Below are positions 1-15,117 of a DNA stretch of 64,000 nucleotides, piece by piece. The notes beneath the pieces were generated by a model. The model saw nothing but the letters and a program-made list of their open reading frames with translations. It was not told where the DNA came from and made no database searches. The number at the start of each line of letters is the position of its first letter. The stretch's first letter is position 1. The stretch is from Escherichia coli (lineage in GTDB: Bacteria > Pseudomonadota > Gammaproteobacteria > Enterobacterales > Enterobacteriaceae): assembly GCF_003334765.1 (NCBI RefSeq), contig NZ_QOWT01000021.1. One strand, 5' to 3'. Made by a program: the position numbers and the translations under genes.

Positions 1-2411
<2,411 letters not shown>

Positions 2412-2452
2412 TGACCTCTGTACTTATAACAACAACGTAAGGTTATTGCGCT

Positions 2453-2851
2453 ATGCAAACACAAATCAAAGTTCGTGGATATCATCTCGACGTTTACCAG
2501 CACGTCAACAACGCCCGCTACCTTGAATTTCTCGAAGAAGCCCGCTGGGATGGGTTGGAAAATAGCGACAGTTTTCAGTGGATGACGGCCCATAACATCG
2601 CCTTCGTCGTGGTCAATATCAATATTAACTATCGTCGCCCAGCGGTATTAAGTGACCTGTTAACTATTACCAGTCAGTTGCAGCAATTAAACGGTAAAAG
2701 CGGCATCTTAAGCCAGGTCATTACACTGGAGCCGGAAGGGCAGGTGGTAGCGGATGCGCTTATTACGTTTGTTTGTATTGATCTTAAAACGCAGAAAGCA
2801 TTAGCTCTGGAAGGGGAATTGCGCGAAAAGCTGGAGCAGATGGTTAAGTAA
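2453..2851 (+). CDS. fadM: long-chain acyl-CoA thioesterase III (hotdog fold)
   Basis: 132 aa ORF MQTQIKVRGYHLDVYQHVNNARYLEF.. recognised as FadM/YbaW. Confidence 0.92.
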   Translation: MQTQIKVRGYHLDVYQHVNNARYLEFLEEARWDGLENSDSFQWMTAHNIAFVVVNININYRRPAVLSDLLTITSQLQQLNGKSGILSQVITLEPEGQVVADALITFVCIDLKTQKALALEGELREKLEQMVK

Positions 2852-2902
2852 ACGTTTTGTGGTGCCGGATGCTCAAGCCGCATCCGGCGACACCCGGAAT
2901 AA

Positions 2903-3598
2903 TTACCTCAACCCGGTTTTCTGCTTCATCGCTGCCATCACCGTCGGTTTATCGGCCAGATAATGATTCAAACCGTTGGCGCGTAAATTACATGCCGCAC
3001 AATGACCGCAACCGTCGCCTTTAAAGCCGTTATAGCAGGTCAACGTTTCGTTACGGACTAAATCCAGTTTGCCGTAATAATCTGCCAGCGCCCAGGTTTC
3101 CGCTTTATCAATCCACATCAGCGGCGTTTCAAAACGAATATCTTTCGCCATGCCCAAACTGACGGCATGGTTTAGTGCTTTCACAAACTCATCGCGGCAA
3201 TCCGGGTAGCCGGAGAAATCCGTTTCGCAGACGCCAGTAATTACGGCTTCTGCTTTTACCTGATACGCATATATTGCCGCCAGCGTCAGGAACAAAATAT
3301 TACGCCCTGGGACAAACGTATTCGGGATACCATCGGCTTCAGGTTCATAATCAGGCACCGGAATGCTGTCACGCGTCAGGCTACTGACCGCCAGCTCGTT
3401 GAGCAGGGTGACATCCAGCACCTTATGCGCGCGTGCCCCCAGTTTCAGCGCCAGTTCGCGTGCCACGTCGATTTCTGCGCGATGCCGCTGACCGTAATCG
3501 AACGTCACGCAATGGACTTCATCATATTGTTGTAATGCCTGCACCAGACAGGTGGTGGAATCCTGACCTCCACTGAACACAACGACAGCACGTTTCAT
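2903..3598 (-). CDS. queC: 7-cyano-7-deazaguanine synthase (queuosine biosynthesis)
   Basis: 231 aa [21 protein letters not shown].. with PP-loop SGGxDS motif and C-terminal Cys cluster. Confidence 0.93.
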   Translation of the reverse strand: MKRAVVVFSGGQDSTTCLVQALQQYDEVHCVTFDYGQRHRAEIDVARELALKLGARAHKVLDVTLLNELAVSSLTRDSIPVPDYEPEADGIPNTFVPGRNILFLTLAAIYAYQVKAEAVITGVCETDFSGYPDCRDEFVKALNHAVSLGMAKDIRFETPLMWIDKAETWALADYYGKLDLVRNETLTCYNGFKGDGCGHCAACNLRANGLNHYLADKPTVMAAMKQKTGLR

Positions 3599-3662
3599 AG
3601 ATAATCCTGCTTGAACAATAAAAGCGTTATGGTAACGCCTGCGATTAACCCGGACCAGCTAT

Positions 3663-5363
3663 TCATTGCGATGGCGCGGGAAGCCAGGCTTCGGTAAATT
3701 CAAACCAGCCGCGCGGTGTCAGTCGCACACCGTTCACGCCGGGAGGGGCACTAATGCGATAGTGATAGTTGAACAGCGGCGTCAGCGTCGCATCTGTCAT
3801 TAACTGGCTAAAAACCGCTTTCAGGGCATTAAATCGGTTTTCTTCATCAGGCATTATTTGCACGGCATCCAGTGTCGATTGTAGATGTGCGTATGCTGGA
3901 GCGTCGAAAACATGTGGCCACAGCGGATCGCAGCGCAGCCATTGCTCCAGAGTATATTCCGGTGCTTCGCCAATTAATCTGTCGCCCATCATGAGGTCTG
4001 CGTGTGCCTGTAGGGTCGTGTCGTCCCAGTTTTTTGCGTTATGAAAAATAATTGTGAGTTCACAGCCTTCCGCTGCCAGTGTCGCCTGTAGGCGTTCTGC
4101 CATGGTATGAAGTTCTATCGGTAGGTGATAAACCAGCGTCAAGGTTTTCGGTAGTTTGACTTCATCCGGTACCTGCCAATGCGGAATAGTCCAGCCTGGC
4201 AGTAATGCATGACTGGCGGTGATCAGGTTTTCTCCGACTTCTAACGTTTGTAATAAACCGGATTGATGAATAATGGAGATCACTTTTCGCGCCTGCCAGA
4301 GGGAGAGTCGGGGACTTTTGCGCAACGTCAAATAGCAAAAACCTAAACTGATGCCGCTACTGACCTGGCTGACCCGTTGCAGCTCCTCCGGTTTGCCGAT
4401 GGTGATTTGCACGGGATGCCGACAACTGGTTCCCAAATCTTTTTCGAAAAGCGGCGGAGTTATCCAGTACTCAACCGCTTTAAGCAGCGGATGACGTAAA
4501 TGGTAATAATCATGGCTTTCCAGGCGCACCAGCTCTGCTGTGAATTGTGTTAAGCGAAAAGGACCCGTGCCGATCAGTGGGAATTGCGGATGCGCCAGAT
4601 GGCTGCAATAGCTCGCCAGCCGGTGCGCAAGCCAGTAATCAGGGCGATGTAAAAAGAAGGTCAGACACTGCGGATGGGTGACTTCAATACGCTTCACGCT
4701 AATAAATAATTGATCCAGTGCTGGCAGTTGTAACAGCATCAATAATCGCTGGTGTAAGTGTGAGGCTTTTACTGCATCGCCGTTATGCCAGTGTAGGGTT
4801 GAACGAAGATAAAAGTCCCAGCGTAACCCGTCAGTAGAGGTTTCCCAGTGATGCGCTAAATCGCCAATCGGGCGCTGAGTATTATTATCGAAGCGGGTCA
4901 GGCCGGAAAATATCTGCCCGGCGAGATGCTGCTCGGCACGGCCGGGCAAAAAGCCTGGTTGTAGCGGTTCGAGCGGGCGATAGTAGGGAATACGCAACGT
5001 GGGTGTATCGTTTTGCCATTGTCCGCCCATAAACGGCTGTAACAGAGTGCGCAGCTCACCTGGGGCCAGTTGCGCCAGCTCCAGCACATCTTGCTGCTTT
5101 CCGGTTTCCAGTGCCTGTTCCATCATCGCATTGCGTAGCGATTCCGGCGTGACCAGAAAGCGTAATTGTCCGCGCTTTCCGCGTCCTGACTGCGCCTGCC
5201 ACTCCAGCCATCCCGCCTCCTGTGCCTGACGCAACAGCGTACGAACATGGCGTTCGCTGCAAAAACAGCGTTCGGCCAGTTCGCTGACGGTGACGGTTTG
5301 CGGCTTTCCGGCGGAAGGTTGCCACAGACGTTGATACTGGTTAAGACGGTTGAGCAATCGCAT
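3663..5363 (-). CDS. ybaE: uncharacterized protein YbaE, solute-binding-protein-like
   Basis: ORF track frame 3663..5378; ATG at 5363 (MRLLNRLNQ..) gives 566 aa; the ORF-track start at 5378 is a TTG further upstream. Confidence 0.85.
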   Translation of the reverse strand: MRLLNRLNQYQRLWQPSAGKPQTVTVSELAERCFCSERHVRTLLRQAQEAGWLEWQAQSGRGKRGQLRFLVTPESLRNAMMEQALETGKQQDVLELAQLAPGELRTLLQPFMGGQWQNDTPTLRIPYYRPLEPLQPGFLPGRAEQHLAGQIFSGLTRFDNNTQRPIGDLAHHWETSTDGLRWDFYLRSTLHWHNGDAVKASHLHQRLLMLLQLPALDQLFISVKRIEVTHPQCLTFFLHRPDYWLAHRLASYCSHLAHPQFPLIGTGPFRLTQFTAELVRLESHDYYHLRHPLLKAVEYWITPPLFEKDLGTSCRHPVQITIGKPEELQRVSQVSSGISLGFCYLTLRKSPRLSLWQARKVISIIHQSGLLQTLEVGENLITASHALLPGWTIPHWQVPDEVKLPKTLTLVYHLPIELHTMAERLQATLAAEGCELTIIFHNAKNWDDTTLQAHADLMMGDRLIGEAPEYTLEQWLRCDPLWPHVFDAPAYAHLQSTLDAVQIMPDEENRFNALKAVFSQLMTDATLTPLFNYHYRISAPPGVNGVRLTPRGWFEFTEAWLPAPSQ

Positions 5364-5462
5364 ATAAACCCGGAACAATATTATTTAACTATTCACTATT
5401 ACTTCCGTATATATCAGGTGATACTCAATCACCATTAACCGTGTCACAGAGTGGAGAAAGAA

Positions 5463-6281
5463 ATGGCTCGTCTGGCAGCATTTGATATGGATGGCACTTT
5501 ATTGATGCCTGACCATCATTTAGGTGAGAAAACCCTCTCTACTTTGGCGCGACTGCGTGAACGCGACATTACCCTCACTTTTGCCACGGGGCGTCATGCG
5601 CTGGAGATGCAGCATATTCTCGGGGCGCTATCGCTGGATGCGTATTTGATTACCGGCAACGGAACGCGCGTGCATTCTCTGGAAGGTGAACTTTTACATC
5701 GTGATGATTTACCTGCGGATGTCGCGGAGCTGGTGCTGTATCAGCAATGGGATACCCGAGCCAGCATGCATATCTTCAATGACGACGGTTGGTTTACCGG
5801 GAAAGAGATCCCTGCGTTGTTGCAGGCATTTGTCTATAGCGGTTTTCGTTATCAGATAATCGATGTCAAAAAAATGCCACTCGGCAGCGTCACCAAGATC
5901 TGCTTCTGTGGCGATCACGACGATCTTACACGCTTGCAGATCCAGCTATACGAAGCATTAGGCGAGCGTGCACATTTGTGTTTTTCCGCCACGGATTGCC
6001 TCGAAGTGCTGCCGGTGGGCTGCAATAAAGGCGCTGCATTGACGGTGCTGACCCAACATTTAGGTTTATCGTTGCGCGATTGCATGGCCTTTGGTGATGC
6101 GATGAACGATCGCGAAATGTTAGTCAGCGTCGGTAGCGGATTTATTATGGGCAATGCGATGCCGCAACTGCGCGCGGAGCTCCCGCATTTACCGGTGATT
6201 GGACATTGCCGAAATCAGGCTGTCTCTCACTATTTGACGCACTGGCTGGACTATCCACATCTACCTTATTCCCCCGAATAA
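5463..6281 (+). CDS. cof: HAD-family HMP-PP phosphatase Cof
   Basis: ATG at 5463 ([14 protein letters not shown].., HAD DxDGT motif) within ORF 5451..6281; followed by strong hairpin+T8 terminator. Confidence 0.9.
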   Translation: MARLAAFDMDGTLLMPDHHLGEKTLSTLARLRERDITLTFATGRHALEMQHILGALSLDAYLITGNGTRVHSLEGELLHRDDLPADVAELVLYQQWDTRASMHIFNDDGWFTGKEIPALLQAFVYSGFRYQIIDVKKMPLGSVTKICFCGDHDDLTRLQIQLYEALGERAHLCFSATDCLEVLPVGCNKGAALTVLTQHLGLSLRDCMAFGDAMNDREMLVSVGSGFIMGNAMPQLRAELPHLPVIGHCRNQAVSHYLTHWLDYPHLPYSPE

Positions 6282-6298
6282 CGAGATCCCTTCCAGCA

Positions 6299-6322
6299 CC
6301 GGGCAATTGCCCGGTTTTTTTT
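6299..6322 (+). terminator. rho-independent terminator of cof
   Basis: Perfect palindrome CCGGGCAATTGCCCGG followed by T8, 18 nt after cof stop. Confidence 0.85.
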
Positions 6323-6433
6323 GCGTTGAATTTGTCATTTTGTGCCGTGGTGTTTAAACCGCACAGAATAAATTGTCGTGATTTCACCTTTAAAATAAAA
6401 TTAAAAGAGAAAAAAATTCTCTGTGGAAGGGCT

Positions 6434-6892
6434 ATGTTAGATAAAATTGACCGTAAGCTGCTGGCCTTACTGCAGCAGGATTGCACCCTCTCTTTGCAGG
6501 CACTGGCTGAAGCCGTTAATCTGACAACCACCCCTTGCTGGAAGCGCCTGAAACGGCTGGAGGACGACGGTATCCTTATCGGCAAAGTCGCCCTGCTGGA
6601 TCCGGAAAAAATAGGCCTCGGCCTGACCGCTTTTGTGCTGATAAAAACGCAACATCACAGCAGCGAATGGTATTGCCGCTTTGTCACGGTGGTTACCGAA
6701 ATGCCAGAAGTGCTGGGGTTCTGGCGCATGGCTGGTGAATACGATTATCTGATGCGCGTCCAGGTTGCCGACATGAAACGCTACGACGAGTTTTGTAAGC
6801 GTCTGGTAAACAGCGTGCCGGGGCTGTCGGACGTCACTTCCAGCTTCGCGATGGAACAGATTAAATACACCACTTCTTTACCCATCGAATAA
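6434..6892 (+). CDS. decR: Lrp/AsnC-family transcriptional regulator DecR (YbaO)
   Basis: ATG at 6434 inside over-extended ORF 6206..6892; 152 aa [46 protein letters not shown].. typical AsnC HTH. Confidence 0.9.
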   Translation: MLDKIDRKLLALLQQDCTLSLQALAEAVNLTTTPCWKRLKRLEDDGILIGKVALLDPEKIGLGLTAFVLIKTQHHSSEWYCRFVTVVTEMPEVLGFWRMAGEYDYLMRVQVADMKRYDEFCKRLVNSVPGLSDVTSSFAMEQIKYTTSLPIE

Positions 6893-6921
6893 ATATCCAG
6901 AATCAGGTCAGGACACAACGC

Positions 6922-10468
<3,547 letters not shown>

Positions 10469-10485
10469 ATAGCGCAATATTTCAT

Positions 10486-10528
10486 CGTTGGTGCAAAAAT
10501 GTAACGCACTGTGCACTGTCATAGTGCG
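10486..10528 (+). promoter_or_regulatory. putative NtrC enhancer-binding sites upstream of the glnK sigma-54 promoter
   Basis: Dyads resembling TGCACC-N5-GGTGCA: TTGGTGCA (10488..10495) and TGCACTGTCATAGTGCG (10512..10528), 55-95 nt upstream of the -24/-12 element. Confidence 0.5.
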
Positions 10529-10580
10529 TTTTCATTTTCAAACTTCTTAACTTCCTGCTCTCTTTCTCGTTTTTCATTTC

Positions 10581-10596
10581 TGGCACACCGCTTGCA
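10581..10596 (+). promoter_or_regulatory. sigma-54 (RpoN) promoter of glnK-amtB
   Basis: TGGCAC-ACCGC-TTGCA (-24 GG / -12 GC elements with canonical spacing) about 50 nt upstream of glnK ATG. Confidence 0.8.
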
Positions 10597-10648
10597 ATAC
10601 CTTCTTCGTGTAGCAGAACCATTACCGAATTCTGACCGGAGGGGATCT

Positions 10649-10987
10649 ATGAAGCTGGTGACCGTGATAATCAAACCATTCAAGCTGGAAGACGTTCGTG
10701 AAGCGTTATCTTCCATTGGTATTCAGGGCCTGACCGTCACCGAAGTGAAAGGTTTCGGGCGTCAGAAAGGGCATGCCGAGCTGTACCGGGGGGCGGAATA
10801 CAGCGTCAATTTCCTGCCAAAAGTAAAAATTGATGTGGCGATTGCTGATGACCAACTCGATGAAGTGATCGATATCGTCAGTAAGGCGGCTTACACCGGA
10901 AAAATTGGCGACGGCAAAATCTTCGTCGCTGAATTGCAACGCGTCATTCGTATTCGTACCGGCGAAGCCGACGAAGCGGCGCTGTAA
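10649..10987 (+). CDS. glnK: nitrogen regulatory protein PII-2 GlnK
   Basis: ATG at 10649 (MKLVTVIIKPFKLEDVREAL..) 112 aa, preceded by GGAGGGGA RBS and a sigma-54 promoter; ORF-track 10511 start is an upstream extension. Confidence 0.95.
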   Translation: MKLVTVIIKPFKLEDVREALSSIGIQGLTVTEVKGFGRQKGHAELYRGAEYSVNFLPKVKIDVAIADDQLDEVIDIVSKAAYTGKIGDGKIFVAELQRVIRIRTGEADEAAL

Positions 10988-11016
10988 TCTCTGGCACACA
11001 GCAACAGGAACGAAAA

Positions 11017-12303
11017 ATGAAGATAGCGACGATAAAAACTGGGCTTGCTTCACTGGCGATGCTTCCGGGACTGGTAATGGCTGCACCTGCGGTGGCCGAT
11101 AAAGCCGACAATGCGTTTATGATGATTTGTACTGCGCTGGTGCTGTTTATGACTATTCCGGGGATTGCCCTGTTTTACGGTGGGTTGATTCGCGGCAAAA
11201 ACGTGCTGTCGATGCTGACGCAGGTGACGGTGACATTTGCACTGGTCTGTATTCTCTGGGTGGTTTACGGTTACTCGCTGGCGTTTGGTGAGGGCAACAA
11301 CTTCTTCGGCAACATTAACTGGTTGATGCTGAAAAACATCGAACTGACGGCGGTGATGGGCAGCATTTATCAGTATATCCACGTGGCGTTTCAGGGATCG
11401 TTTGCCTGCATTACCGTCGGCTTGATAGTTGGGGCGCTGGCGGAACGAATCCGCTTCTCAGCTGTGTTGATTTTCGTGGTGGTATGGCTGACGCTCTCTT
11501 ACATTCCGATTGCGCATATGGTGTGGGGCGGTGGTTTGCTGGCTTCTCACGGTGCGCTGGATTTCGCGGGTGGCACCGTGGTGCACATTAACGCCGCAAT
11601 CGCCGGTCTGGTGGGCGCGTATCTGATAGGAAAACGCGTGGGCTTCGGTAAAGAGGCGTTTAAACCGCACAACCTGCCGATGGTCTTCACCGGGACTGCC
11701 ATTCTCTATATCGGTTGGTTTGGCTTTAACGCCGGGTCAGCGGGCACGGCGAATGAAATCGCGGCACTGGCATTTGTGAATACTGTGGTCGCAACGGCGG
11801 CGGCAATTCTTGGCTGGATCTTCGGTGAATGGGCGCTGCGTGGTAAGCCTTCACTGCTGGGGGCGTGTTCTGGCGCGATTGCCGGTCTGGTCGGCGTGAC
11901 GCCAGCCTGCGGCTACATTGGGGTTGGCGGCGCGTTGATTATCGGCGTGGTAGCTGGTCTGGCGGGCTTGTGGGGCGTTACCATGCTCAAACGCTTGCTG
12001 CGGGTGGATGATCCCTGCGATGTCTTCGGTGTGCACGGCGTTTGTGGCATTGTCGGCTGTATCATGACCGGGATTTTTGCCGCCAGCTCGCTGGGCGGCG
12101 TGGGCTTCGCTGAAGGTGTGACGATGGGCCATCAGTTGCTGGTACAGCTGGAAAGCATCGCCATTACGATCGTCTGGTCCGGTGTTGTGGCATTTATCGG
12201 CTACAAATTGGCGGATCTGACGGTTGGTCTGCGTGTACCGGAAGAGCAGGAGCGAGAAGGGCTGGATGTCAACAGCCACGGCGAGAATGCCTATAACGCG
12301 TAA
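11017..12303 (+). CDS. amtB: ammonium channel AmtB
   Basis: 428 aa multi-TM ORF 29 nt downstream of glnK, signal peptide MKIATIKTGLASLAMLPGLVMA. Confidence 0.95.
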   Translation: MKIATIKTGLASLAMLPGLVMAAPAVADKADNAFMMICTALVLFMTIPGIALFYGGLIRGKNVLSMLTQVTVTFALVCILWVVYGYSLAFGEGNNFFGNINWLMLKNIELTAVMGSIYQYIHVAFQGSFACITVGLIVGALAERIRFSAVLIFVVVWLTLSYIPIAHMVWGGGLLASHGALDFAGGTVVHINAAIAGLVGAYLIGKRVGFGKEAFKPHNLPMVFTGTAILYIGWFGFNAGSAGTANEIAALAFVNTVVATAAAILGWIFGEWALRGKPSLLGACSGAIAGLVGVTPACGYIGVGGALIIGVVAGLAGLWGVTMLKRLLRVDDPCDVFGVHGVCGIVGCIMTGIFAASSLGGVGFAEGVTMGHQLLVQLESIAITIVWSGVVAFIGYKLADLTVGLRVPEEQEREGLDVNSHGENAYNA

Positions 12304-12320
12304 CAAGCACTGCAAAAAAC

Positions 12321-12353
12321 AGCCGGACGGTTTTCACCTCCGGCTATTTTTTT
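12321..12353. terminator. bidirectional rho-independent terminator between convergent amtB and tesB
   Basis: AGCCGGA..TCCGGCT hairpin flanked by A6 upstream and T7 downstream. Confidence 0.75.
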
Positions 12354-13212
12354 AATTGTGATTACGCATCACCCCTTCCTGAACGGTCGAGGCAACCAGT
12401 ACGCCGTCTTGGGTATAAAACTCACCGCGCACAAAGCCACGTGCGCTGGACGCCGAGGTGCTCTCCACGCTATACAGCAGCCATTCATTCAAATTAAACG
12501 GGCGATGGAACCACATGGAATGGTCAATGGTGGCAATCTGAATCCCCGGTTCGAGAAAACCGATGCCGTGCGGCTGTAGAGCTACCGGCAGGAAGTTAAG
12601 ATCAGAAGCGTAACCGAGCAGATACTGATGAACGCGCAGGTCATCCGGCACGCTACCATTTGCGCGGATCCACACCTGACGATGTGGTTCTGCGACGTGA
12701 CCTTTCAGTGGGTTATGAAACTCCACCGGACGGACTTCCAGCGGACGATCGCAGATGAATTTATCTTTCAGCACTGGCGGCAGCAGGTGCGCCAGCGATT
12801 GGGCGATTTGCGTTTCCGAAGGTAGGCCATCAGGCGCTGGCGCGGACGGCATTGTTTTTTGATGTTCGAAACCCGCTTCTGGTGCCTGGAAAGAGGCAGT
12901 CATATAAAAAATCGGTTTGCCGTTTTGAATAGCAGCAACCCGGCGGGCGCTGAAGCTGTTACCGTCACGCAGCGTTTCGACATCATAAATAATCGGCTTC
13001 TTACTATCGCCAGGGCGAAGAAAGTAGCTGTGAAACGAATGTACCAGCCGCTCTTCAGGGACGGTCTCTTTTGCAGCATACAAGGCCTGACCCACGACCT
13101 GGCCGCCAAACACCTGGCGTAAACCTAAATCTTCACTCTGGCCGCGAAAGAGTCCTTCCTCAATTTTTTCCAGATTTAACAATGTCAGTAAATTTTTTAG
13201 CGCCTGACTCAT
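12352..13212 (-). CDS. tesB: acyl-CoA thioesterase II
   Basis: ATG at 13212 ([25 protein letters not shown]..) 286 aa within ORF 12352..13230. Confidence 0.93.
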
Positions 13213-13429
13213 ATAACTCTCCAGTAACAAAGCTGCCGCAGCAAGCCAAAGTGAGTTGAGTATAACGCAAATTTGCTACTGGTCCGATGGGTGCAATGGT
13301 CTGAATTACGGGCTAATTACAGGCAGAAATGCGTGATGTGTGCCACACTTGTTGACGTTACTATTTTGTTAACCACTCTTCCGGCGAGGAAAGTTAGCCC
13401 GCTGGTGCATTGATAATAAGGAGAAATGA

Positions 13430-14002
13430 ATGAAACTCGTGCACATGGCCAGTGGTTTAGCGGTTGCGATTGCGTTGGCGGCTTGCGCAGATAAAAGCGC
13501 GGATATTCAGACGCCAGCACCGGCTGCAAATACGTCTATTTCAGCAACACAACAACCAGCTATCCAGCAACCGAATGTCTCCGGTACCGTCTGGATCCGT
13601 CAGAAAGTCGCACTGCCGCCTGATGCTGTGCTGACCGTGACACTTTCTGACGCGTCGTTAGCCGATGCACCGTCAAAAGTGCTGGCGCAGAAAGCGGTGC
13701 GTACTGAAGGTAAACAGTCACCATTCAGCTTTGTTCTGCCATTTAACCCGGCAGATGTTCAGCCGAACGCGCGTATTCTGTTGAGTGCGGCGATTACCGT
13801 GAATGACAAACAGGTATTTATCACCGATACCGTTCAGCCGGTGATCAACCAGGGCGGAACTAAAGCCGACCTGACATTGGTGCCGGTACAGCAAACCGCC
13901 GTGCCGGTTCAGGCCAGCGGTGGCGCAACGACTACCGTACCTTCGACTTCACCAACTCAGGTGAATCCGTCTTCGGCAGTTCCAGCTCCTACGCAATATT
14001 AA
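13430..14002 (+). CDS. ybaY: lipoprotein YbaY
   Basis: 190 aa ORF with lipoprotein signal peptide and lipobox (..LAACADK). Confidence 0.9.
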   Translation: MKLVHMASGLAVAIALAACADKSADIQTPAPAANTSISATQQPAIQQPNVSGTVWIRQKVALPPDAVLTVTLSDASLADAPSKVLAQKAVRTEGKQSPFSFVLPFNPADVQPNARILLSAAITVNDKQVFITDTVQPVINQGGTKADLTLVPVQQTAVPVQASGGATTTVPSTSPTQVNPSSAVPAPTQY

Positions 14003-14010
14003 GCGACGTT

Positions 14011-14034
14011 AACCCTCTCCGCCCGGAGAGGGTT
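14011..14034. terminator. hairpin between convergent ybaY and atl (probable bidirectional terminator)
   Basis: AACCCTCTCC-GCCC-GGAGAGGGTT perfect inverted repeat starting 9 nt after ybaY stop. Confidence 0.6.
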
Positions 14035-14422
14035 AGTAGTTCCAGCGATAACGCTGCAAGTCGATTTGCCCGCTTCCCGATACCATCACACCTTCTGCCA
14101 GTAATGCCTGTCGCTGACGCTGTAAATCCGGTCCGGTTAGCGAAATTGTGCCGTGGCGATTAACCACCCGGTGCCAGGGTAAGGTGCTGCCTTCAGGGAG
14201 ACGCTTTAACACACCGCCCACCTGGCGCGCGGCGCGGGGCGATCCCGCCAGTTTCGCCACATCACCGTAAGTGGTGACATAGCCTTCGGGAATAGCGGCG
14301 ACGATTTGCCAGACGCGTTGGGGAAATGAATCTTCTTTTTCCATCTTTTCTTCCTGAGGTAATTTTTCAGCATAATCTGGAAAAACGCCCGAGTGAAGTC
14401 GCATTGCGCAAGAAACCAGCAT
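14033..14422 (-). CDS. atl: alkyltransferase-like DNA-binding protein Atl (YbaZ)
   Basis: ATG at 14422 gives 129 aa (MLVSCAMRLHSGVFPDYAEK.. TYGDVAKLAG.. PWHRVVN); ORF-track start 14443 is slightly upstream. Confidence 0.85.
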   Translation of the reverse strand: MLVSCAMRLHSGVFPDYAEKLPQEEKMEKEDSFPQRVWQIVAAIPEGYVTTYGDVAKLAGSPRAARQVGGVLKRLPEGSTLPWHRVVNRHGTISLTGPDLQRQRQALLAEGVMVSGSGQIDLQRYRWNY

Positions 14423-14498
14423 CTGGCACGCGATGGGTTGCAATTAGCCGGGGCAGCAGTGATAATGCGCCTGCGCGTTGGTTCTCAACGCTCTCAAT

Positions 14499-14612
14499 GG
14501 GGGCTCTGTTGGTTCTCCCGCAACGCTACTCTGTTTACCAGGTCAGGTCCGGAAGGAAGCAGCCAAGGCAGATGACGCGTGTGCCGGGATGTAGCTGGCA
14601 GGGCCCCCACCC
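14499..14612 (+). ncRNA. ffs: 4.5S RNA, signal recognition particle RNA
   Basis: 114 nt GGGGGCTCTGTTGGTTCTCCCGCAACGCTACTCTGTTTACCAGGTCAGGTCCGGAAGGAAGCAGCCAAGGCAGATGACGCGTGTGCCGGGATGTAGCTGGCAGGGCCCCCACCC read directly; matches the 4.5S RNA as I recall it, including the conserved GGAAGCAGCCAAGGCAG domain IV core. Confidence 0.95.
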
Positions 14613-14722
14613 ATTTCTGCCTCCCACCGTTTCGTCAAAAAATCCCAACATGGCTAAACTTTAACCACAACTGACGTCGCAAGAATTGTCTGGCTGCGCA
14701 GTACGCTTCGGAGGTATGTCTG

Positions 14723-15076
14723 ATGAAGTATGTTGATGGTTTTGTGGTTGCCGTTCCTGCCGATAAAAAGGATGCCTATCGGGAAATGGCCGCTAAGGCT
14801 GCGCCATTGTTTAAAGAGTTTGGCGCGCTTCGTATTGTCGAATGCTGGGCCAGCGATGTACCGGATGGCAAAGTGACCGATTTTCGTATGGCGGTGAAAG
14901 CGGAAGAGAATGAAGAGGTTGTCTTTAGCTGGATTGAATACCCTTCAAAAGAGGTCCGCGACGCTGCTAATCAAAAGATGATGTCGGACCCACGGATGAA
15001 AGAGTTCGGCGAGTCCATGCCGTTTGACGGCAAGCGAATGATCTATGGCGGATTCGAGTCAATCATCGACGAATAG
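14723..15076 (+). CDS. ybaA: DUF1428-family protein YbaA
   Basis: 117 aa ORF MKYVDGFVVAVPADKKDAYREMA.. with GGAGG RBS upstream. Confidence 0.88.
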   Translation: MKYVDGFVVAVPADKKDAYREMAAKAAPLFKEFGALRIVECWASDVPDGKVTDFRMAVKAEENEEVVFSWIEYPSKEVRDAANQKMMSDPRMKEFGESMPFDGKRMIYGGFESIIDE

Positions 15077-15117
15077 GTAGCGTGACGGGCTGTGCGGCGT
15101 GCCGTCAGCCCAAAAAT

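Noticed and set aside
6206-6433. N-terminally extended ORF-track versions of decR (228 aa), glnK (158 aa, from 10511), apt (201 aa, from 29409), adk (234 aa, from 35166), ybaQ, ybaB, fetB, cnoX, tesA, acrA, tesB, ylaC, atl, ybaE, cof, hha
   Set aside because: These are maximal open frames. The real starts were placed at the internal ATG (or GTG) that gives the known protein N-terminus and has an RBS. The extensions run through promoters or terminators or use non-ATG codons.
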